The translations under genes were made by a program, and so were the position numbers. A model generated the notes under the pieces. The model worked only from the letters and a program-made list of their open reading frames with translations. It did not search any database and was not told where the DNA came from. 64,000 nt of DNA from Tepidisphaeraceae bacterium. GTDB lineage: Bacteria; Planctomycetota; Phycisphaerae; Tepidisphaerales; Tepidisphaeraceae. The DNA lies in assembly GCA_036267155.1 (NCBI GenBank), contig DATAWP010000082.1, positions 35,686 through 99,685 on the forward strand, in the 5' to 3' direction. Position 1 is the first letter of the stretch. Every line of letters begins with the position of its first letter. Below are positions 25,722 through 32,730 of this stretch, in pieces.

Positions 25722-26744
25722 CTATAACGAATACCCTGCCGCTTTCAAATTCGCGTAAAGATTGCTCAGAGCCGCCTGAATGTTGGTTACATCCGTTTTA
25801 AGGTTGTTGAGCATGGTTTGCTCGTTGATCGCGTAGGTCGAATTGGCGGTCTGGCTTGTTGTCAGGTTTTGCACGGGATGGACCAAGGTGGCAGACTGGG
25901 GAGGAAACCACGTATACATCTGATACCATATATTGGTGGCACTGGTATTGCCGGAAGTTATGATCGAATATTGCGGAAAGCCGACCACGAATCCCCACAC
26001 ATATGTGCCTTCCGCCAGCGAATTTCGGCTTGCCGCTCCGTATGTTTGCTCCCACTGATTGGTGATCCAGCAATTGTCCACGGTGGGCAAGAACGCCGGA
26101 TTCAGGCTGCTGAGCGGAAATGCATACCCAAAATTGCTCCCGGTGGCGAATTGGCCCTCCACCGTTCGCCCGTAATACACGCCGCCATATGTGCTCTCAT
26201 AAGTGCCGGTAATTTTTGCGATGACGGGAAAAAGCGGCGTGTTGTCGACGTAGACGATGGTTCGTGGATTGGTTTCAGACGTGAAACCCATGACTCGCCC
26301 CACCGCGTACATCATGAACGCCGTGTTGCCCCACAGGAGATGGGTGCCGTTTACATACGGCTCCATCAGATTGATGACCAAGGCGTTATTAACCAAACTC
26401 CCATCGCTATTGGTTTGGGGAGCCGGGCCGTCCGTCGCCGACTGGTTCGTTTGAGCTTGCAACTGAAAATTATTCGATGTGTTGCCGGTGCTGTTGCCGT
26501 AAAGAATGGAACCTTGATACCGCCCGCCTCCGGTTTCCGTGCCGATAATGGCGACCAATGCCAACTCCGCTGGAGTTGATCGCAGACCGATGGTTGTGCC
26601 GCTGCCCCCACCGGTCATAAACAGCGGCGGCATCACCGCCAGCCGATCCAGGCGTTCGATATCCTCCACCATTCGGTTGTACAAATCGGCGGAGAGCGTC
26701 ACGCCGTCGCCTTCGCTGATGTTGGCGCGGGGATAGGGCTTCAA
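25722..26744 (-). CDS. phage tail-associated protein (hub/fibre-like position), hypothetical
   Basis: 340 aa, beta-rich and rich in Gly/Thr/Asn. The C-terminal ...TDVTNIQAALSNLYANLKAAGYSL resembles endings seen in phage fibre/host-specificity proteins. It starts 9 nt after the upstream gene. Confidence 0.45.
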   Translation of the reverse strand: MKPYPRANISEGDGVTLSADLYNRMVEDIERLDRLAVMPPLFMTGGGSGTTIGLRSTPAELALVAIIGTETGGGRYQGSILYGNSTGNTSNNFQLQAQTNQSATDGPAPQTNSDGSLVNNALVINLMEPYVNGTHLLWGNTAFMMYAVGRVMGFTSETNPRTIVYVDNTPLFPVIAKITGTYESTYGGVYYGRTVEGQFATGSNFGYAFPLSSLNPAFLPTVDNCWITNQWEQTYGAASRNSLAEGTYVWGFVVGFPQYSIITSGNTSATNIWYQMYTWFPPQSATLVHPVQNLTTSQTANSTYAINEQTMLNNLKTDVTNIQAALSNLYANLKAAGYSL

Positions 26745-26753
26745 GAGAACTCC

Positions 26754-27575
26754 TTACTGCAAAAGCGGGCTGAGGTCGGCGGTCGGATAAATGGTGCTGC
26801 CGTCGGAGATGCGCGTAACCTGCTGCCATGTCCCAGCCGTGCCGGAACTTTTCGCCGTTGGCTGCAAGAGATTGTTCCACCCGGTAGGAAGGTAGAGGAA
26901 TTTGTAGGTCATGTCCCAGTTCTCCGCCCCCAGCGTGGTCAATCGCCGGTCGGCGTGGGCGCCGTCAAAGAGCACCGTCCCCGCGGCTCCGCCCAGGAAC
27001 GTTGAGGAATTGACGCAACCGGCCAATCCCTGAACGTTTGCCGTGGGCAGCGATGCCAGATTCTTTCGCGTCTGCACGATCGTGACGATCCCCACCCGAA
27101 TCGGCGGGCTGTCCTGCGGCTGCAACGGAGTGCCGTCGGGAAACTGGTACGTCGGCGCGCTCTGCGGCAACGCAACAGTGTGCGTCGCATAGTCCAACGA
27201 CATCGTCCCCGTCGTCACACCCTCGAAATAATCCAGGCTCTTGTACGTGATGCGAAGACGAGCGTATTTGTAACCGACCAACCCATTGGGTCCGACGTTC
27301 AGCCCGTCTTCGCCGGGCAGCCCTTCGACGTGAATCGAATCGAACGGAAGAAACGGCGCATCGGGATAGACCTGCGACGGCGTGTAATAATAATACGCGC
27401 CGATCTCCACCCCGCCGCCGCGAATCTGCTCGATGATCGTGACCCGGTCTTCCCATGCGCACAGCATCGTGCGCACCGCCGTGCTGTTGCCGGTGCGGAC
27501 GAAATTCTCTTCGGTCCCCTCATCCCAGGCTTGCACGCCCAGAAAAGTGATCGCCGTGGTTGAATCGAGCGCCAT
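26754..27575 (-). CDS. phage tail-associated protein (distal-tail position), hypothetical
   Basis: 273 aa. It starts 3 nt after the stop of the upstream gene. It is beta-rich, and no family was recognised by eye. Confidence 0.45.
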   Translation of the reverse strand: MALDSTTAITFLGVQAWDEGTEENFVRTGNSTAVRTMLCAWEDRVTIIEQIRGGGVEIGAYYYYTPSQVYPDAPFLPFDSIHVEGLPGEDGLNVGPNGLVGYKYARLRITYKSLDYFEGVTTGTMSLDYATHTVALPQSAPTYQFPDGTPLQPQDSPPIRVGIVTIVQTRKNLASLPTANVQGLAGCVNSSTFLGGAAGTVLFDGAHADRRLTTLGAENWDMTYKFLYLPTGWNNLLQPTAKSSGTAGTWQQVTRISDGSTIYPTADLSPLLQ

Positions 27576-27578
27576 GGT

Positions 27579-28271
27579 TTAATCCTTCAGGAGTACCAGG
27601 GTCTTGGCATTGGAAAAGACCTTGTCCAGTTTTGTGGCTGCATCACCGAGCTTTCGCAGCATGTCCGAAAGAATTGAAACATCGCCGCCACCCTGCGGAG
27701 CATTAAAATCGGAATTAGCCAATTGCGACGCGGCCGCCAGGCTCGGGGCTTGGGCATTCGTCAACGGCAACGTGTGCGGCATCTCCTGCGGCGCGGCATT
27801 GCGCTCGAATTTTCCCTCATCGGCCGCTGCATTCTGAAATTGGTCTTCCTTTTCCTGCACCGCCGGGATTCGGCCGTTCGATTCCCCTTCCCGGAACTTT
27901 GCCCGATGTGCCGCATCGGATTCGGAATTGGCCGGAACCTGGCTTTGAATCATCTTGAACCCCCGGACGCGCTCTTTATCAGGGAGGTCGATGGATTCTT
28001 CTTGGGAATGGGGCTTGTTTTCCAACTCCTGCCGCCGGGCGACTATGCCATGATTTAGGCCCTGAAGTTGAAGAGAATTGAGGTGGCTGCGATCGTCATC
28101 ATGCTGATTGAGTAACGTTGTGTTCAGTTCCTGGGGACGCGACGAGCGGATCGCGCCCACGTTATTCTTAAGCCTCTGCACGTCCGAATCCGTCGCGTTG
28201 CCCCAATCATCTGTGCGTTGGTTGTCTTGGCCTTGTTCATCCATGGAATTTGTTCCTTTGACGTTTTCCAA
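27579..28271 (-). CDS. hydrophilic Gln/Asp/Asn-rich protein in tape-measure position
   Basis: 230-aa ORF directly after the G/GT-like pair. It is highly polar and has no TM helix. The start may instead be the internal Met at 28244. Confidence 0.45.
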   Translation of the reverse strand: MENVKGTNSMDEQGQDNQRTDDWGNATDSDVQRLKNNVGAIRSSRPQELNTTLLNQHDDDRSHLNSLQLQGLNHGIVARRQELENKPHSQEESIDLPDKERVRGFKMIQSQVPANSESDAAHRAKFREGESNGRIPAVQEKEDQFQNAAADEGKFERNAAPQEMPHTLPLTNAQAPSLAAASQLANSDFNAPQGGGDVSILSDMLRKLGDAATKLDKVFSNAKTLVLLKD

Positions 28272-28318
28272 GTTCGGTTAAACCTAGTTTCGACGCATAC
28301 GCGGAAATGCGATGTACG

Positions 28319-29118
28319 CTATAAGGACCCGGCCGTATAACGTCGAAGGCCGCCTAATACCGATTCAACCGCCGGACTTCGCCCGTCCCCTTCCGCGCAG
28401 ACCTGTACAACCAAATCCCCCGCCGGCATTCGCAGCAAATCGATCGGAAGACATCGCCTGCGATCGACGATGCGATCGAATATCTCATTTTGCCGGATTT
28501 TGATTTCTTCCGCACCGTCTGAATCGGCGACGACATTTAAATCAAACCCCATTGCATGCATGAGCTGCGGCCAAGTCAGCTCCGTCGCCTGGGCGTATGT
28601 CAATCCGAGCCCCTGCGGTCCGGGGCTGGTGAGGTGCGCGAAGATGCCCCGCCAGTCGATGGGGCGTTCGTCCCCGGCGCTATGGGGCCGCTCGCCGCCG
28701 GGGCTGCGGCTTTTTTTGCGGGCTTGTACCCCCACATCGACCATACCGTTCCCACTTTGGCCGCATATTCGCCATCGCACAAAAGCTGTGACGCCTCGGG
28801 CAACGTCAGCTTCGGATGCTTGATCCGCAGCAGAAGCCAGGTCAGAAACGGCGCCGCTGACATCGACAGCGCCCACTGGTCAAACGCGTGTGATCCGTAA
28901 CTGAACGGATGGACGCGCAGATTATCCACGGCCCGCTGATGAATCGCATCGCGAACCGCCGCCGGCAACCCCGCCGCCGATTTCGCGATCCCGCGCAGAT
29001 ATTGGGCGGCGGCTTCCTCTTCCGCTTCGGCGAATTCGATCAGCCGCGGCGGTGACAGCGTATGTCCAGGAAATGCCGACGAATCGCCCAGGCCCACCAA
29101 CTCCTTTAGTTCACTCAT
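28319..29118 (-). CDS. tail assembly chaperone GT-like fusion via programmed -1 frameshift (about 266 aa)
   Basis: ORF 28319..28876 is in the -1 frame relative to 28600..29118 (29118-28876=242, which is 2 mod 3). After a slip at A AAA AAA the reading continues KKSRSPGGERPHSAGDERPIDWRGIFAHLTSPGPQGLGLTYAQATELTWPQLMHAMG... The DW...LGL...LTW.QL pattern resembles the T-domain of HK97/GTA-type tail chaperones. Confidence 0.6.
28600..29118 (-). CDS. tail assembly chaperone, G-like (zero-frame product)
   Basis: 172 aa starting MSELKELVGLGD... It carries the slippery run at codons 134-136 (GCA AAA AAA). It lies directly downstream of the tube-like gene. Confidence 0.6.
   Translation of the reverse strand: MSELKELVGLGDSSAFPGHTLSPPRLIEFAEAEEEAAAQYLRGIAKSAAGLPAAVRDAIHQRAVDNLRVHPFSYGSHAFDQWALSMSAAPFLTWLLLRIKHPKLTLPEASQLLCDGEYAAKVGTVWSMWGYKPAKKAAAPAASGPIAPGTNAPSTGGASSRTSPAPDRRGSD
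28711..28717 (-). promoter_or_regulatory. -1 ribosomal frameshift slippery heptamer A AAA AAA
   Basis: The plus strand reads TTTTTTT at 28711-28717. In the zero frame the codons are GC[A AAA AAA] GCC, which fits X XXY YYZ. Confidence 0.6.
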
Positions 29119-29126
29119 CGGTCACC

Positions 29127-29543
29127 TCAAGATACCGGGGTGTAGCTGCCATTTCCCTTGGCGGTGAAACGCGTGGTGATCTTGCCGTCCACCTTCAGGC
29201 TTTGCGGTGTCGAGTCAACCACGAGCGACGAAAACGTCCAGGCCAACCCATCAAGTTGACCTGCCGCACTTTGATTCAAACACAGCTTCACGTTGGTCAG
29301 GATCGTGCCCGGCTGGATGGAATAGGGCGTTTGGAACGGATTATTCCCAAAATCAAAGTCCACGTCGATGCTTACGCTGCAATCCTTGAACGTGGCTTCG
29401 CGCAGGACATATCCCCCGCTCCTGCTGTTTTTGAATTCGGTCAATTGAGCCGTCGGCTGCACGCTCCAACTAGTGACGGAAAGCTCGTTCGTGCCGAGCG
29501 CGGCGGTGCCGAACGATCCGGAATGAAAAACTGAGGCGGCCAT
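29127..29543 (-). CDS. phage major tail tube-like protein
   Basis: 138 aa and beta-rich (MAASVFHSGSFGTAALGTNELSVTSWSVQPTAQLTEF...VDGKITTRFTAKGNG). Its size and its position immediately upstream of the frameshifted chaperone pair match siphovirus/GTA tube genes. Confidence 0.5.
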   Translation of the reverse strand: MAASVFHSGSFGTAALGTNELSVTSWSVQPTAQLTEFKNSRSGGYVLREATFKDCSVSIDVDFDFGNNPFQTPYSIQPGTILTNVKLCLNQSAAGQLDGLAWTFSSLVVDSTPQSLKVDGKITTRFTAKGNGSYTPVS

Positions 29544-29588
29544 GAAAGACTCCTGTGATGAATTGCTGGGATAAAGGTTATGACCGGC

Positions 29589-30083
29589 TTACGCCGATCG
29601 GCCGAGAATGGTGACCTTGCCCGGCACGTTCACGCCGGAGGCGGCGGAAATCTGCAGCGTGTCGCTGGTTCCAGCCACGACGGAATAGCCGGGATTGGGA
29701 TTGATGACGAAGAACGTCCCGCCATTGGCCTGGGCCGTGCCCTGATCGGTTCCCAGCACCGGATGCGTTCCGCCGCCAACGGTAAAATCCTGTCCTGACG
29801 TCGTGCTGTCATTTTCGACCAATACGGATGTCACATGCACCATTGCCAGGACATTGCCCAGGGGATCGGTCGCCGATGGAAGCGTGATGGTCAGCGGCGT
29901 ACCCGCGCTGACCGTAAACGGTTCGGAAAAACAGCCGTCCACATTCCCGGCGGAATTACCGGCGCCAAGCGTGACGACCGGCTGATGGTTCACCTGTGAG
30001 GAAACCACCGCCGGCGCCGCGCCGGCCGTGAGCTGGCATTTCAATTGGACGCTGGGCTGAGGATTGGAAAGAGTTGTGGCCAT
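29589..30083 (-). CDS. hypothetical beta-sandwich-like protein
   Basis: From the internal ATG at 30083: MATTLSNPQPSVQLKCQLTAGAAP... 164 aa, Thr/Gly/Val-rich, with no signal peptide. Confidence 0.45.
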   Translation of the reverse strand: MATTLSNPQPSVQLKCQLTAGAAPAVVSSQVNHQPVVTLGAGNSAGNVDGCFSEPFTVSAGTPLTITLPSATDPLGNVLAMVHVTSVLVENDSTTSGQDFTVGGGTHPVLGTDQGTAQANGGTFFVINPNPGYSVVAGTSDTLQISAASGVNVPGKVTILGRSA

Positions 30084-30114
30084 TGAGCGGTCTCCAAAGA
30101 ATTCACGGGACGAT

Positions 30115-31203
30115 TCAGCAAAGCGAAGCCAGCCGATCGCGCGCAATGTACATATTGACGCGAATCATCAGCACGCTGACCCATCGCTGTGTCCAGGCTA
30201 CCGTCGCGAACAAATCTGACGGCGGCGCATCGGTGAGTGAAAATGCCGTGCGCGAGGCATGTGCCGAGAAGTTTTGAAAATAGACATCGGCGGCGGGAAT
30301 CGTGTCGTCGGTCGAAGCAGTTGCACCGATCGCATTACACGCCGACGCAGAGCTAAGAGTGCCAGCCATGGCAAAAATGCAAAGGTCGGAAATCAGGTTC
30401 GCGCCCCCAAACGTCATCACCGCCCCGCTGCTGCTCGCGCCGGCGCCGCTGCTGGGGCGAGTGCTGCAAATGATCGTGCCGCCGGTCAATTCGATTTGGG
30501 CCGTGCCGGTCGCCGCGTCTCCGGCGACGAGGTTTAGCGCGTACGTTCCATTAATATCCGCGCCGCTGCTTTTCCAATAACTCGATGCGGTGAGCGATCC
30601 GAGGGTCTGGCTGAGAATCCAGTTGCCGCCGCCGTTGTTCCAGATATACCAATTTTGCTGAACGCCGAAAAGGTACGGGAACCCATTGTAGGTTGCGAAC
30701 CCGCCGGCGGCTTGTGGCGTCATCGAAAATGCGTCTGGAACCGGCCCGGTGAAATTCCCGTCTGCGGCGGTGCCCGATCCAACGAGCGAGATATTGCCGT
30801 GGCAGTTGCCAGAGCCCTTGACGTTCACGCCGGAGGGGACGAAGAGATTTCCAGCGCCGAGATCGAAGCATCCAGCCGAGACCGATACGAGATCGCCGGG
30901 TTGAGCCACGGCCAGCGCCGCGCCGATCGTGGCGAAGGGATACATTCGCGAATAGGCTTTGGCCGTCGAATCATTTCCGCCGGTACAGACAAAAATCGTG
31001 TTGAATTCCGAAACGTCCGGCGGAATCACCGCTTGGGGGAAAACGCCGCCGCTTTGCAGGGCCGGCAGATCGCCGGCGGAATTTCCGACCGTCGCCGCCG
31101 CGGCCGAGCCCAGCCCCAAATTGGTCCGCGCCGTCGCGGCGTTGGCCAGGTCGGAGAGATTGTTGGTCTTCTGAAGGCCCTCCGCCGTGTATGATCCAAG
31201 CAT
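30115..31203 (-). CDS. phage tail fibre-like protein
   Basis: From the internal ATG at 31203: MLGSYTAEGLQKTNNLSDLANAATARTNLGLGSAAA. The NLSDL-x-N-x3-AR-x-NLGLG motif is common at the N-termini of phage tail fibre proteins. The remainder is Gly/Ala/Ser-rich. Confidence 0.55.
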   Translation of the reverse strand: MLGSYTAEGLQKTNNLSDLANAATARTNLGLGSAAAATVGNSAGDLPALQSGGVFPQAVIPPDVSEFNTIFVCTGGNDSTAKAYSRMYPFATIGAALAVAQPGDLVSVSAGCFDLGAGNLFVPSGVNVKGSGNCHGNISLVGSGTAADGNFTGPVPDAFSMTPQAAGGFATYNGFPYLFGVQQNWYIWNNGGGNWILSQTLGSLTASSYWKSSGADINGTYALNLVAGDAATGTAQIELTGGTIICSTRPSSGAGASSSGAVMTFGGANLISDLCIFAMAGTLSSASACNAIGATASTDDTIPAADVYFQNFSAHASRTAFSLTDAPPSDLFATVAWTQRWVSVLMIRVNMYIARDRLASLC

Positions 31204-31284
31204 AGGCGCGCAGCTTCCTTTCCGAACATGAGGGCAATTAAACGGTGCAAGGCGCGAGCAGTCTCTTCCCGGCTTCACCGCTTG

Positions 31285-32730
31285 TTATCTAGGAATTCCT
31301 TCGAGTCCCGTGTTCCACCCATCCGGCATGCCCACGATGCTAAAGTTTTTTGTAAATCTGTTTCCCGCAGCGCCGCGCACCACGGCTTGCGCCGGTGTAA
31401 ACGTGGTCGCCCGCCAATCCCATTCGTTGCAGTGTGACGGCCGAGGATTCACGATGGCGAAATCATTGAACGTGTTGCCTGTAGCCTGATCGAGCCAGAT
31501 TCCACAGACGTTGCGCATTTCCCATGATTCAAAGACGTTCCCACTTTGCTGGACGCCGGCTGATTCCAGCCAGATTCCCTCGCCGCCGTCCACATCGAAG
31601 CAGCGAAAGACGTTGTTGCCGCCCGGCGTGTACCAGAGTTCCAGGGCCGCCCCGCGTCCCCCGTGAATCTGGACATAAGTGAACAGGCAGTTTTGAACAC
31701 CGATGCCTTTGGAGTCCTCGGCACTGATGACTTCGTTGGCATTGGTTCCCTGTATGACCCGATCGAAATCGAGCGAGTTGAAATAACTGTTGGTTGGACC
31801 TTGACGCATGACAATCCCGCGGCACGTCAGGTCCCAATTGCAGTTAATGACAGCGTTCTGATCTCCGCCGAGGATCAACTCGTTCATCGACCTCGCGGGT
31901 ACGCCGTGCCACGACATGCCATGGAGCATGGTGTGGCCCGCTGCTAGTCGGCCGCCGCAGTGGATCGTTTCGGTATCCTCAAAAAGGGCGCCGATCGAAT
32001 TGAGGCGCGCAATCTCCACGCTGATGAGCTTCAGCCGCAGAAAATTCGGATTCGTTTCCAGCGATTTATCGAGATAAAAAATGGCGCCCGGGCACGTCGT
32101 GCAATCCACCGTCAAATCGCTGATCGTCCCACCATATCCGCCTCGACCGACAAACAGAATTATGTCCGCGCCATCTTTGGCGTTACGGGTTCTTGTCAGC
32201 ACCACGAGATTCCGGTTCACACCGCGTAAACTGGCCCCCGGCGGTCGGAAAACGCTGTGCCCGATCGTATAGCAGCCCGGCGAAAGAACGACATCCGATC
32301 CCGAATTCCACGCCGCCTGAATCTGCCCGCTGTCATCGCTGCCGCTCGGCGAAAGCACCGTCGTGCGGCGAGGCACCGGCGGAAGACGGACGCTCACGCG
32401 AGTCGCCGTCTTCTGATTACCGATGACCAACCAATAGTTCCCCGCGGGGATTGTCGTCGGCAGCGTCAAGCTGGCGCCATCGCGACTGTCCTCGACAATG
32501 CCCCAGTTGGATGCGTTCAGCGTCACCGAATTACCGGCGGAATCGACCAGCGCATAGCCTTTGGCCGGCAGATTCTCCCTGACACTCCAAATGTAATCCT
32601 CCCCTCCCGGCTCGACCCACTGCCTCCACATGCCGGGATAAACGGCCGCCGGCGGGACCTGGCCATCCGCACCACACGCGACAATTGAATTGACGGCGCA
32701 CACTAAAAAAACCAAAAGCAGCCGCTTCAT
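31285..32730 (-). CDS. secreted right-handed beta-helix (pectate-lyase-fold-like) protein
   Basis: 481 aa. The signal peptide is MKRLLLVFLVCAVNSIVACGADG. Repeated short beta-rung segments carry Asn/Gly/Cys ladders (NCNWDLTCRGIVM, NCLFTYVQIHGG, NVFRCFDVDGGEGIWL). The start ATG overlaps the upstream TAA (TAATG). Confidence 0.6.
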   Translation of the reverse strand: MKRLLLVFLVCAVNSIVACGADGQVPPAAVYPGMWRQWVEPGGEDYIWSVRENLPAKGYALVDSAGNSVTLNASNWGIVEDSRDGASLTLPTTIPAGNYWLVIGNQKTATRVSVRLPPVPRRTTVLSPSGSDDSGQIQAAWNSGSDVVLSPGCYTIGHSVFRPPGASLRGVNRNLVVLTRTRNAKDGADIILFVGRGGYGGTISDLTVDCTTCPGAIFYLDKSLETNPNFLRLKLISVEIARLNSIGALFEDTETIHCGGRLAAGHTMLHGMSWHGVPARSMNELILGGDQNAVINCNWDLTCRGIVMRQGPTNSYFNSLDFDRVIQGTNANEVISAEDSKGIGVQNCLFTYVQIHGGRGAALELWYTPGGNNVFRCFDVDGGEGIWLESAGVQQSGNVFESWEMRNVCGIWLDQATGNTFNDFAIVNPRPSHCNEWDWRATTFTPAQAVVRGAAGNRFTKNFSIVGMPDGWNTGLEGIPR

